Positions 54,052-63,449 of a DNA stretch of 64,000 nt are shown here, piece by piece. Position 1 is the first letter of the stretch. Each line of letters begins with the position of its first letter. Under the pieces are notes generated by a model, which worked only from the letters and a program-made list of their open reading frames with translations, was not told where the DNA came from and made no database searches. The stretch is from Candidatus Wolfebacteria bacterium GW2011_GWE2_44_13 (GTDB lineage Bacteria > Patescibacteriota > Minisyncoccia > UBA6257 > UBA9933): the NCBI GenBank assembly GCA_001000675.1, contig LCHW01000002.1, positions 5,310 to 69,309 of the forward strand, read 5' to 3'. The translations under genes were made by a program, and so were the position numbers.

Positions 54052-54824
54052 AACTGATCGATTCGCACACACACGTGCAGCTAAAACAATTTAACGCAGA
54101 CCGAGACGAGGTTATTAAACGCGCACTGGAGAACGAAATCTGGATGATCAATGTTGGAACAAACAGAAAAGATTCCCAGTTGGCCGTAGATATTTGTGAT
54201 GCGTATACCGAGGGGGTATTTGCGACGATTGGACAGCACCCTGACGAACGGGAGGTGTTTGATTATGATTGGTATGTAAAGCGGGGGCAACACGCAAAAG
54301 TAGTTGCAATTGGTGAATGCGGGCTGGATTATCATCGCGTAGAGCCGCACTTATTTGGAGAAGAGCGTGAGCGACAAATAGAGCTGTTTCAGCAACATAT
54401 CGAGTTGGCAAAAGAATTAGAGAAGCCCCTCATGATTCATTGTCGAGAAGCATTCTCTGATGTGAAGAGTGTTATTAAGAAAGAGATTGCCGATATGCCA
54501 ACGGAAGTTCCGGGGATACTCCACTTTTTCACGGGCACAAAAGAAGATGCAAAGACGTTTCTTGATTTTGGATTTATGTTTACCTTTGGCGGACTCATCA
54601 CATTCAACCGCGAGTTTGATGAAGTGCTGCGATATATTCCAAAAGAACGAATTTTGATTGAAACAGATGCGCCATTTGTTGCGCCAGACCCCTATCGCGG
54701 AAAGCGAAACGAGCCATCGTATGTAATGGAAGTTGCGAGGGCGCTCGCCGAAGTGCGCAAAGCGCCGATTGGAGAAGTGTGCCGACAGACAACACAAAAC
54801 GCAAAAAGCGCATTTGGAATTTAA
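54048..54824 (+). CDS. tatD: TatD-family metal-dependent DNase/hydrolase
   Basis: MKLIDSHTHVQL..., with conserved His/Glu/Asp positions. Overlaps the metG stop (ATGA). Confidence 0.8.
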   Translation: MKLIDSHTHVQLKQFNADRDEVIKRALENEIWMINVGTNRKDSQLAVDICDAYTEGVFATIGQHPDEREVFDYDWYVKRGQHAKVVAIGECGLDYHRVEPHLFGEERERQIELFQQHIELAKELEKPLMIHCREAFSDVKSVIKKEIADMPTEVPGILHFFTGTKEDAKTFLDFGFMFTFGGLITFNREFDEVLRYIPKERILIETDAPFVAPDPYRGKRNEPSYVMEVARALAEVRKAPIGEVCRQTTQNAKSAFGI

Positions 54825-54830
54825 CGCATT

Positions 54831-54890
54831 GTCATTCCCGCGGAGGCGGGAATCCAGTATTAAATAGATTCCCGCCTCCGCGGGAATGAC
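54831..54890. repeat. REP/MITE-like palindromic element copy E (full, 60 bp) between tatD and uppP
   Basis: GTCATTCCCGCGGAGGCGGGAATCCAG-tattaaata-GATTCCCGCCTCCGCGGGAATGAC. Confidence 0.9.
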
Positions 54891-54899
54891 ACAGGAACA

Positions 54900-55670
54900 A
54901 TGACAATATTACAATCAATTATATTTGGAGTTGTTGAAGGTGTTACGGAATTTTTGCCGATATCTTCAACCGGACACATGATTTTGACGGCGAAGCTCCT
55001 TGGGCTTACGCAGACTAACTTTATGAAGTCATTCGAAATCGCCATCCAGTTAGGCGCTATTTTGTCTGTGGTTGTGTTGTATTGGAAATCATTATTTGTG
55101 AATCGTGCAATAATGAAGCGCATTGCAATCGCGTTTATTCCAACGGGTATCTTAGGGCTCATATTCCACGGACTGGTGAAGGAATATTTATTAGGAAGTA
55201 ATATGACGGTCGTGTTGGCGCTATTAATTGGAGGTATACTGCTTATCGCATTTGAATGGACGCATAACGAAAAAGAAGATGCGCTGGAAGACGTGGCGCA
55301 TTTATCATATTGGCGCGCAGCATTAATCGGTGTAGCCCAGTCAGTTGCGATGATCCCAGGGGTATCGCGATCGGCGGCAACGATTGTGGGTGGTATGTTG
55401 GCGGGGCTAAAACGAAAAACTATTGTGGAGTTCTCATTTCTGCTTGCAGTACCGACCATGTTAGCTGCGACAATCCTCGATTTATCCAAAAGCTACAAAG
55501 ATTTTTCCGCCGACCAGTTTGACGTGCTTGCGGTTGGATTTATCGCCTCATTTTTTGTGGCGCTAGCGAGCATTAAGTTCTTACTCCGCTTCGTGAAAAC
55601 AAACACCTTTGTCTCATTTGGCGTATATCGCATTGCGGTGGCGGTGCTATTCCTCCTGTTTGTGTTGTGA
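54900..55670 (+). CDS. uppP: undecaprenyl-diphosphate phosphatase
   Basis: 256 aa. GVVEGVTEFLPISSTGHMIL...PGVSRSAATIVGGML, the BacA/UppP motifs. Confidence 0.85.
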   Translation: MTILQSIIFGVVEGVTEFLPISSTGHMILTAKLLGLTQTNFMKSFEIAIQLGAILSVVVLYWKSLFVNRAIMKRIAIAFIPTGILGLIFHGLVKEYLLGSNMTVVLALLIGGILLIAFEWTHNEKEDALEDVAHLSYWRAALIGVAQSVAMIPGVSRSAATIVGGMLAGLKRKTIVEFSFLLAVPTMLAATILDLSKSYKDFSADQFDVLAVGFIASFFVALASIKFLLRFVKTNTFVSFGVYRIAVAVLFLLFVL

Positions 55671-55795
55671 ATAGAATTAGGTTGACGGGGTGTTATTGAG
55701 GTGCTATACAGAAGGCAGTAGTTTAACAGTGTCATGTGCTATTTCGCATAGGGTGAAATGGTGCTGCGGCGCATAACAATGAGAGGAGGTTCGTT

Positions 55796-56425
55796 ATGGC
55801 GCAATGTGTCACAAGCGAACAGTATTTCGATTTGGATGGGAAGTTGACGGAGATTAAACGACAGCTTCGGCAGAAAAGCGGTTACCCATTTGATCTAGTG
55901 CAGTTAGAGAATCATCTGCAGGCTGCAATCGAAGGGAAGTTTGGGGTGGTGGAGCCGGGAGAGAAATTTAAACTGTTCGCCGACCTTGGCTTTATTACGG
56001 TGCCGGATGACTACGTCTGCAATACAGTGTTTAACCACGTGGATTTCTCGAATCCGAGCGTGATACTAAGGCCCGGCGACAATTTTGCTGTGCGGGTGTA
56101 CAAGATACTGTATGAAACGGTGACCTCGGAAGAATGTTTGAAATTTCTCGAAGGAAGAGATGAGGGAAATATTTTTCTTGGCGCGCAGGGTATCTCAGTT
56201 ATATGCGAGGCGAAGGATCTTAAATTACCACAAGGGTTCTCGTGTGTAGCGTTTGATCGGAAGGAGAACCTTCCATTTGTGAGGGGCTCGCATTATGTTC
56301 CGGCTGTGCGAGTGGAGAGTGACGGGAGCTATTACCGTCACTTGGGCTCTTTTGAGCGCAGGTGGCTTGGTCAATGCGACGTCCTGCTCGGTTTTAGCTA
56401 TCCGAAACCGATTCGGATATTTTAA
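55796..56425 (+). CDS. hypothetical protein
   Basis: 209 aa, cytoplasmic-looking, no domain recognised. Confidence 0.4.
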   Translation: MAQCVTSEQYFDLDGKLTEIKRQLRQKSGYPFDLVQLENHLQAAIEGKFGVVEPGEKFKLFADLGFITVPDDYVCNTVFNHVDFSNPSVILRPGDNFAVRVYKILYETVTSEECLKFLEGRDEGNIFLGAQGISVICEAKDLKLPQGFSCVAFDRKENLPFVRGSHYVPAVRVESDGSYYRHLGSFERRWLGQCDVLLGFSYPKPIRIF

Positions 56426-56439
56426 AACGGTTAGGAGAT

Positions 56440-56473
56440 AACAACCCCCTGCGAAAGCAGGGGACTTTTTTAT
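56440..56473 (+). terminator. terminator AACAACCCCCTGCgaaaGCAGGGGACTTTTTTA
   Basis: GC hairpin followed by a T run. Confidence 0.65.
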
Positions 56474-56516
56474 CCAATAAAGTTGCATCCGTGGGTAAAT
56501 CGTATAGAATAGGAAC

Positions 56517-56828
56517 ATGACCCATATTACTGAAGAGACCTTGGAATACCTAGCAAAGCTGGCGCGTATGGATTTGGCCGATAGTGAAAAAGCGAAGCTT
56601 GCAGGAGATTTGGAGGAGATATTGAACCATTTTGAAGAATTAAACGAAGTAGATACAACAAACGTAGAACCGATGACCGGAGGTACTGCTCAGCGGAATG
56701 TTTTTCGTGAAGATGAAGCAGAAACAAGAAAAGAAATGAACGGCTCTGCAGACGATATTATTGCCGCATTCCCAAGTCATGAACGCGGGTATTTGAAAGT
56801 GCCTGCTGTATTCGGGGAGCAGGAGTAA
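56517..56828 (+). CDS. gatC: Asp/Glu-tRNA amidotransferase subunit C
   Basis: 103 aa; ITEETLEYLAKLARMDLADSEKAKLAGDLEEILNHFEEL. Confidence 0.8.
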   Translation: MTHITEETLEYLAKLARMDLADSEKAKLAGDLEEILNHFEELNEVDTTNVEPMTGGTAQRNVFREDEAETRKEMNGSADDIIAAFPSHERGYLKVPAVFGEQE

Positions 56829-56838
56829 ACAAATTATT

Positions 56839-58296
56839 ATGACTTTACTAAAAGATCTTACAATAAAAAAGATTCACGATGGACTCGTGAATAAAGAATT
56901 TACTGCGTTCGAATTAACGAAAGAATTTTTTGATTATATTGAAACAAGAGATGCCGAAGTGCAGGCATATTTAAGCTTGGATAAAGTTGGCGCGCTAGCT
57001 GCAGCTGAACAAGTTGATATTGCGATTGCAAAAGGAGAAGAAATCGGAATGTTGGCGGGCGTACCAATGGCAATCAAGGATAACTTGCTCGTAAAGGGGT
57101 TGCCGGCAACTGCAGCATCAAAGATGCTAGAAAATTATACAGCCGCATATGACGCGACAGTAATTAAAAAGCTTAAAGAAGCAGGGGCCATCTTTTTGGG
57201 AAAGGCAAACATGGACGAATTTGCCATGGGCTCTTCAACGGAGAACTCAGCATTCAAAGCGACAAAGAATCCACACGATCTCGAGCGCGTTCCGGGAGGT
57301 TCTTCAGGAGGATCTGCTGCGGCAGTGGCAGCACATATGGCAGTTGCTGCATTAGGAACTGATACCGGAGGGTCAATTCGTCAGCCGGCAAGTTTGTGTG
57401 GAGTTGTCGGATTAAAGCCGACGTATGGTGCAGTATCTCGTTCGGGGGCTATTGCGATGGCCTCGAGCCTTGACCAAATTGGACCGCTTACAAAAACCGT
57501 AGAAGATGCGGCGATTGTGTTTAGCGTTATCAAAGGAAAAGATCCACTTGATGCAACGAGCGTTGATGTTGTATATGGTGATGAACTGCTCAACCCAAAG
57601 TTGGAGGATATAAAAAAGTTGCGCATAGGGCTTCCTAAAGAATACTTCATCGAAGGAATGGATGATTATACAAAGGGAGAAATAAATAAGGCAATCGAAA
57701 AGATAAAGAGCCTCGGAATCGAAGTGAAGGAAATTAGTTTGCCGAACACGAAACATGCGTTGTCGTGCTATTACATTATTATGCCTGCAGAAGTAAGTTC
57801 GAACATGGCGCGCTTTGATGGTATTCGCTATAGCCGATTAGATGCGTTACAGGAAAACGAGCCAAAGACCTTATTGGGGATTTATCATGAACAGCGCGGG
57901 CAAGGATTTGGAAAAGAAGTGCGTCGCCGTATTATGTTAGGGACCTATGTGTTGTCGTCTGGATATTACGATGCCTATTATGCAAAAGCACAAAAGGTGC
58001 GTAAGTTAATTAAAGAAGATTTTGACAATGCATTCAAGGAAGTTGATGTTATTTTGACGCCGGTATCACCGACCGCTGCATTTAAAATTGGAGAAAAGAC
58101 GAGTGACCCGTTGCAAATGTATCTCTCTGATATTTTCACACTCACGCTTAACCTTGCTGGGTTGCCAGGGATTTCGATTCCGGTAAAACAGTATGAGGGT
58201 ACTAGTGAGTTGCCGGTAGGATTTCAACTTGTAGGAAAGGCATTCCGTGAAGCAGACATTCTTGGTATTGGACAATTCTATGAACGAATTCGTTGA
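56839..58296 (+). CDS. gatA: Asp/Glu-tRNA amidotransferase subunit A
   Basis: 485 aa with the amidase signature GGSSGGSAAAVAA, Ser-cisSer-Lys triad context. Confidence 0.9.
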   Translation: MTLLKDLTIKKIHDGLVNKEFTAFELTKEFFDYIETRDAEVQAYLSLDKVGALAAAEQVDIAIAKGEEIGMLAGVPMAIKDNLLVKGLPATAASKMLENYTAAYDATVIKKLKEAGAIFLGKANMDEFAMGSSTENSAFKATKNPHDLERVPGGSSGGSAAAVAAHMAVAALGTDTGGSIRQPASLCGVVGLKPTYGAVSRSGAIAMASSLDQIGPLTKTVEDAAIVFSVIKGKDPLDATSVDVVYGDELLNPKLEDIKKLRIGLPKEYFIEGMDDYTKGEINKAIEKIKSLGIEVKEISLPNTKHALSCYYIIMPAEVSSNMARFDGIRYSRLDALQENEPKTLLGIYHEQRGQGFGKEVRRRIMLGTYVLSSGYYDAYYAKAQKVRKLIKEDFDNAFKEVDVILTPVSPTAAFKIGEKTSDPLQMYLSDIFTLTLNLAGLPGISIPVKQYEGTSELPVGFQLVGKAFREADILGIGQFYERIR

Positions 58297-58807
58297 AGGA
58301 AGTAATAAAATAATACAATACTTATTTGATAAGTATGTAGCGACGCTTCCTGCGTTGCAGACTTTTGCGCTGGTAGTTTCTGGCGTGCTTCTTTTCTTTG
58401 TCGTTATGATGATGACGAAAGCAAATGTGGTTGGGGGCAAGCGAGATAAATTTATTGATAAATGGGGGCTTGCCGATATGGGAAAAGTAAAAATTGGACG
58501 CGCATGGAAAGAGCTTTTAGTAAGTGTCAGCACAGGGGACAGCGCAAAGATGAAAAAGGCGATTGGTGATGCGGATAAGATTCTTGATGAAGCATTGAAG
58601 ACGTTAGGATTTGTAGGGAAGAATATGAACGAACGGTTGAATACTGTAGATGCAGTGCGACTGCCGAATATAAAAGAAGTACAAGAAGCACATCGCATAT
58701 CGGAACGCATAAAAAAAGAACCAACATTTTCACTGACGCAACAAGAAGTATGGAACATTGTCGGTATCTATGAGAAGGCGTTTAAAGAATTTGGATTATT
58801 TAAATAA
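58280..58807 (+). CDS. membrane-anchored hypothetical protein
   Basis: ATG at 58280 overlaps the gatA stop by 17 nt. One TM helix (ALVVSGVLLFFVVMMMT). Confidence 0.4.
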   Translation: MNEFVEGSNKIIQYLFDKYVATLPALQTFALVVSGVLLFFVVMMMTKANVVGGKRDKFIDKWGLADMGKVKIGRAWKELLVSVSTGDSAKMKKAIGDADKILDEALKTLGFVGKNMNERLNTVDAVRLPNIKEVQEAHRISERIKKEPTFSLTQQEVWNIVGIYEKAFKEFGLFK

Positions 58808-58812
58808 TCTGT

Positions 58813-59094
58813 ATGAAAAAACATCCAGTCATAATCGAAGGATATGATGGCACGTTTGAAGAGCTCGGAAGAAAAGTAGGTGAATTACGATACGATAAAC
58901 TTGCTGAGTTTCTTTTGCATCTGGAAAATGAACTTGCTCGTCAAGCGATTGCCGATAAAAAGCGTGGGCGTCCTAAACTTGCAAACCTAATTGAAGGCGT
59001 AGAATTGACGGTAAAAGACGGGAAAATAAAAACAGAGCGCCTCTTTGAATTCTGCAAAGCATTTATGCAGGAAGAACTAAATAACGATAAATAA
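58813..59094 (+). CDS. small hypothetical protein
   Basis: 93 aa, charged, no domain. Confidence 0.35.
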   Translation: MKKHPVIIEGYDGTFEELGRKVGELRYDKLAEFLLHLENELARQAIADKKRGRPKLANLIEGVELTVKDGKIKTERLFEFCKAFMQEELNNDK

Positions 59095-59122
59095 AAATAT
59101 CGCCGAGGCGGTATTTTTATTT
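59093..59122. terminator. terminator AAAAATATCGCCgagGCGGTATTTTTATTT
   Basis: Hairpin between convergent genes, of the same motif class as the array terminators. Confidence 0.55.
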
Positions 59123-59959
59123 AAAACAACTATCAACGAGCGCTGTTTCGTAATCAAGCTTGCCGGACTTCACGAGGATGTCATAATCGGCCAGCATGCG
59201 CACAGTCGCTAAGTCGATGTATTGATTTTTTGCAAAAATATTGAATATCTTTGCAGGCTCTTCTTGATTAATAAACAATCGTTCGAGCGGGGCAAGACGA
59301 CTTGCTATCGGGCCTTGTTTTGAAACCGCATTGGTAAAGGCGAATATATCGGGGGACTCAAGATAGTCTATAAGGAGTTCAACGTCTTGTCGTGAAAGTT
59401 CACGCTTTGCATCATTAAAATAGAGTGCAACCTTTTCGAGCTCGTTCATAATAAGTTGCGTATCGCGGCGGAGCGCAAATACAAGGAAGTCCGCTGCTTC
59501 AGGAGAAATAAGGATTGAACGCTTCTTTGCTTCGGTCGCAATAAAAAAGGCAAGCTTCGCATCAGAAAGCGGATCAAATGTTTCAGCCATCGCAGGCTTA
59601 TTAAGAAGAAATAATAAATCTCTTGGAACGGTTACACGATCGCGCGGCCGCGAATTAGTTTCGTCGGTAAATTCAGAAATAAAAACGATAACACTTTCGT
59701 TGGCTAGTGCGGATTTGAGAATATGCTGTGCAGTATCGTCGCCTTTAATAGAAAAGGCATTGTCGATAAGTGCAAGCTTTTTATTCTCAAACATTGTTTG
59801 CTGTGAGCAAAAATCTTTAAAACGAAGCACTTCACTCTCGTCATCGAAATCAAAAGGATTGATCGAAAAAACAGCATATTTTTTCTGGTATGCCTTGGTG
59901 AGCTCGCGGAGACGTTGTTCGCGGCGATAGGTGTCAGCGCCGTGAAGGAAGGTAATCAT
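59117..59959 (-). CDS. holA: DNA polymerase III delta subunit
   Basis: The internal ATG (59959) gives MITFLHGADTYRREQRL..., typical of HolA. About 280 aa. Confidence 0.6.
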   Translation of the reverse strand: MITFLHGADTYRREQRLRELTKAYQKKYAVFSINPFDFDDESEVLRFKDFCSQQTMFENKKLALIDNAFSIKGDDTAQHILKSALANESVIVFISEFTDETNSRPRDRVTVPRDLLFLLNKPAMAETFDPLSDAKLAFFIATEAKKRSILISPEAADFLVFALRRDTQLIMNELEKVALYFNDAKRELSRQDVELLIDYLESPDIFAFTNAVSKQGPIASRLAPLERLFINQEEPAKIFNIFAKNQYIDLATVRMLADYDILVKSGKLDYETALVDSCFK

Positions 59960-60107
59960 TTTGCGTGAATAATGGAAAATGAAACACGAAACGTGGAATG
60001 GGTTGCTACCATCGGCGTTATCGTATACCTTTATAATATCGATAAACGGGACGATTGCAATAAGGCGGGTTCCCACCATTCGTTTTTCAGCTTTCATTTT
60101 TCGTGCT

Positions 60108-60785
60108 ATGCGTTTCGACATTATTACAATTTTCCCAAACATCTTTGACTCTTACTTCAATGAGTCTATTTTGAAGCGAGCAAAAGAAAAGAAGTTGTTA
60201 CAGATATATGTACATGATTTGCGCGCATACGCCACGGACAAGCACCACAAAACAGACGACCGCCCATTTGGAGGGGGTCCTGGAATGGTTATGAAAGTTG
60301 AGCCGCTCGTAAAAGCAATCACAGCGGTAGCGAAGAAGACAAAAAAGTTTGAAAAAGAAACGCGCATTATATTCTTTGCCCCAGGAGGCAAGTTGATTGA
60401 TGACGAATATGCAAATAAGACAGCAAAAAAAGTAAAAAGACTTATTTTGATATGTGCGCATTATGAAGGAATGGACGACCGTGTGAAAAAAATAGTGAAG
60501 GATCTCGGCTTTAAAAGCGAAGAGCTATCCATCGGGCCGTATGTATTAACCGGAGGAGAGCTGCCGGCTATGGTGATGGTGGATGCACTTGCGCGAAAAT
60601 TAGAAGGTGTATTGGGGAAAGGAGAATCACTTGAAGAATTACGCCATGGAGTGGGCGTGCCAGCTTTTACAAGACCAAGTGAGTTCGTGCACAAAGGGAA
60701 AAAATACAAAGTGCCGCCAATATTGTTGTCTGGAGATCACAAAAAAATAGACGAGTGGCGTGCACAGTATGGGAAAAAGTCGTAG
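60108..60785 (+). CDS. trmD: tRNA (guanine37-N1)-methyltransferase
   Basis: MRFDIITIFPNIFDSYFNESILKRA...DDRPFGGGPGMVMKVEPL...YEGMDDRV. Confidence 0.9.
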   Translation: MRFDIITIFPNIFDSYFNESILKRAKEKKLLQIYVHDLRAYATDKHHKTDDRPFGGGPGMVMKVEPLVKAITAVAKKTKKFEKETRIIFFAPGGKLIDDEYANKTAKKVKRLILICAHYEGMDDRVKKIVKDLGFKSEELSIGPYVLTGGELPAMVMVDALARKLEGVLGKGESLEELRHGVGVPAFTRPSEFVHKGKKYKVPPILLSGDHKKIDEWRAQYGKKS

Positions 60786-60894
60786 CAATGCATCGCCAAA
60801 ACAAAAGCACCACGTTGGTGCTTTTGTTTTAGTGAAAGGTAATATGATACTATATACGCAATAGCCACGCGTATGTGGTAACGATAAAAATTAT

Positions 60895-61755
60895 ATGCAT
60901 AAATCAAAATTCGTAACATATATAACAGCAGTCGTATTGACGGTTGGTATCGGTGCCGGACTTTCTGTCGCGGCAGATTGGGCTCCTCCTGTGCAGGAAG
61001 CTCCAGCAAGCAACGCCCCTGCGCCAATTAACGTGGGAGCAAATGCACAAACAAAAGATGGCCCAATAACGTTTCGAGGAATTATCGAGACAACCTTAGG
61101 AGGGATTAAATTTCCCGATGGAACAATACAAACAACAGCAAATACTGCAGGGGCCCCGGGTGCGCCGTATAACCTTGTCTTAAAGCAGACAGCATGTCAG
61201 TGGATTAGTCCGGCGGCGTCGGGGAAAGCAGTATGTCCAGCAGGGCAATACATGGCAGGGCAAATCACCGACGGAAGAAGCTATTGCTGTAATCCAACGG
61301 ATTCATTAAGTGAGGTTTGGGACGTTGTCGCAAGGGCGGATAAACCAGTACAAGATCTTTCTAATTGGTCAAACGAGAAGACGGTTACATGGGTTGCTGA
61401 TGCGCCAATAAACGGAGTGCGTGTTTCGGGGGATTCTAACGATGGAGGGTATTGCTATGCATCATGGGGTACGGGTCACGTTGCAACATACCTGCATGAC
61501 GGGAGATATGGGTACTACAACGTAAACAGACAGTCGTATAGCATATTTAGTTCGGGCTGTCCTACATATCCACCCTCATTCTCAAATGACGGGGTAGCGA
61601 AAATTTGCCAAGCATGGAGGCCACGAGGAACGCTCCCTACGAGAAAGACCGAAGTTGATATTCCAGCAGGAACGGTGATTACATTAAAATCAAACTTTAT
61701 GGATGGGGTAGATAGCGGACTCATTAATTGTAAGATGGAAGTAAAGCGACAGTAA
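60895..61755 (+). CDS. secreted/TM-anchored Cys-rich hypothetical protein
   Basis: 286 aa with a TM anchor, a PAPINVGANAQTKDGPITFRGIIETTLGGIKFPDGTIQTTA segment, and multiple Cys residues. Confidence 0.45.
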   Translation: MHKSKFVTYITAVVLTVGIGAGLSVAADWAPPVQEAPASNAPAPINVGANAQTKDGPITFRGIIETTLGGIKFPDGTIQTTANTAGAPGAPYNLVLKQTACQWISPAASGKAVCPAGQYMAGQITDGRSYCCNPTDSLSEVWDVVARADKPVQDLSNWSNEKTVTWVADAPINGVRVSGDSNDGGYCYASWGTGHVATYLHDGRYGYYNVNRQSYSIFSSGCPTYPPSFSNDGVAKICQAWRPRGTLPTRKTEVDIPAGTVITLKSNFMDGVDSGLINCKMEVKRQ

Positions 61756-61778
61756 TTAATAAACTATTCATTTACGCT

Positions 61779-62312
61779 ATGGAATCAAAAAACCTACAAA
61801 AATTAATTATTGGTTTCGCAGTTGCTGCACTTGTAATCTCTATTGGTGCGTTCGGTTTTGCGATGCGTGTATATCAAAATACTGGAGCGCAGAAGGAGAT
61901 GGTTGCAACAGAAGAGTCGGAGGGTATCGCTTCAGAAACGAGTGAGATATCCATAATACGCAATGGTTTTATCGGAGTGCCAAAGACAACAGCAATCCGA
62001 AATGAGGGGGATGTAAAGGTCCTCACGCTTCGAGGGCATGAAATCCAGGCAGGAGGGTTTGTTGCTGGGTATGAGCCTGTTCTTGCGTCCGACAACACAA
62101 TTCGCGAGATTCGTATCAGTAGCGAGACAGCAATAACCAAGCTTTCGTTTTCAAAAAGTAGCGAATCTCCTAAGATAGTGCAAATTGCATTTAAGGACCT
62201 GACTGAACTTATTGCAAAAGGGACATACTTAGCTAACTTTGAAGTTGAGGGAGCAACGCCTGCGAGTTTAGACCAAATAGCTCCTGCGTTGGATATTTAC
62301 GTTGAAGAATGA
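61779..62312 (+). CDS. TM-anchored hypothetical protein
   Basis: 177 aa with one TM helix, directly downstream of the previous gene. Confidence 0.4.
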   Translation: MESKNLQKLIIGFAVAALVISIGAFGFAMRVYQNTGAQKEMVATEESEGIASETSEISIIRNGFIGVPKTTAIRNEGDVKVLTLRGHEIQAGGFVAGYEPVLASDNTIREIRISSETAITKLSFSKSSESPKIVQIAFKDLTELIAKGTYLANFEVEGATPASLDQIAPALDIYVEE

Positions 62313-62414
62313 AAGGAATAAGCCTGAGAAACGTAGATGTAAGGGCGTTTTCGCTTACGGGAAGGAAAAATTAAGGAATAAGCAGTGGCCCTTGCCCCGA
62401 AAAGGTAAGGGCCT

Positions 62415-62442
62415 TGCATTTTTAGGGGTATTCTGCTATAGT
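62415..62442 (+). promoter_or_regulatory. putative rpsO promoter (TTGCAT-16-TATAGT), implying a very short or absent leader
   Basis: The -10 hexamer ends about 8 nt before the rpsO ATG. A GC hairpin with T run lies just upstream. Confidence 0.3.
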
Positions 62443-62449
62443 AAATCCG

Positions 62450-62716
62450 ATGCTTACAAAACGAACAAAAGCAACAATCATAAAGGAGCACAAAACAAGT
62501 GATGCCGATACCGGCTCAGCTGATGTGCAAATCGCGATGCTCACCAAGCAGATCGCCGAACTTACTGATCACTTAAAGTTAAATCCGAAGGATAATCATT
62601 CCCGACGAGGCCTTTTGAAGATGGTAGGAAAGAGAAAGAGGCTTTTAGCTTATCTCTCACGGACTGACGTGGCTGGCTACGAAAAGATTCTCAAAAAGCT
62701 TAATCTTAAAAAATAA
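62450..62716 (+). CDS. rpsO: 30S ribosomal protein S15
   Basis: 88 aa; ...[50 protein letters not shown]. Confidence 0.9.
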   Translation: MLTKRTKATIIKEHKTSDADTGSADVQIAMLTKQIAELTDHLKLNPKDNHSRRGLLKMVGKRKRLLAYLSRTDVAGYEKILKKLNLKK

Positions 62717-62747
62717 GGAATTTTTCAAATTCCTTATTTTTTTAAGT
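62717..62747 (+). terminator. terminator AAGGAATTTttcAAATTCCTTATTTTTTT after rpsO
   Basis: Hairpin followed by a T run. Confidence 0.6.
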
Positions 62748-62810
62748 TTCGGCACTCGCTTCAGACGAAATCAATTTTTTGTCTGAGGGCTCGCTAGGAA
62801 TTATAAGAAC

Positions 62811-63344
62811 ATGAGACACAGAGAACAACGAGTCGGAATATTTATCGACGTTCAAAATCTCTATCATTCGGCAAAAAATCTATACCAGTGTCGTATTAAC
62901 TATCAAGAACTGATGAAGAGCTTGGTGGGGGATCGAAAACTTATCCGAGCACTCGGATATGTGGTAAAGAGCGAATCACAAAACGAAGAACTCACTGCCG
63001 AGGCTTCGTTTTTTGATGCGTTGGTAAAAGAAGGCATCGATTTGCGTATGAAAGACTTGCAGGTGTATGCAGGCGGAATGAAAAAGGCAGATTGGGATGT
63101 AGGAATGGCGGTTGACGCTATCCGCATGTCAGATTCGCTCGATGTTGTTATTTTAGTGACGGGAGATGGTGATTTTATTCCACTAGTCGAATATCTGAAA
63201 TGGGGCAAAGGAAAATTGGTTGAAGTGGCTGGGTTTGGAAGAACAACGAGCCTTAAGCTAAAAGAAGCGACCGATTTATACATTGACCTTAAGGAAGTTC
63301 CTAGGATATTATTAAAAACAAGGGTAAGCAGAAGGTCTCGCTGA
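62811..63344 (+). CDS. NYN/LabA-like domain protein (paralog 2) between rpsO and pnp
   Basis: VGIFIDVQNLYHS...DVGMAVDAIRMS...VILVTGDGDFIPLVEYL. Confidence 0.65.
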   Translation: MRHREQRVGIFIDVQNLYHSAKNLYQCRINYQELMKSLVGDRKLIRALGYVVKSESQNEELTAEASFFDALVKEGIDLRMKDLQVYAGGMKKADWDVGMAVDAIRMSDSLDVVILVTGDGDFIPLVEYLKWGKGKLVEVAGFGRTTSLKLKEATDLYIDLKEVPRILLKTRVSRRSR

Positions 63345-63449
63345 ACCGTATATGAAATAGCGGACAGAACACAATTTCTTTGCGATTTGCAAAGTGATTG
63401 AAATGTGTCCGGTACTTCACTATCGGGAAGCAAAGAGACTTACAATTAC

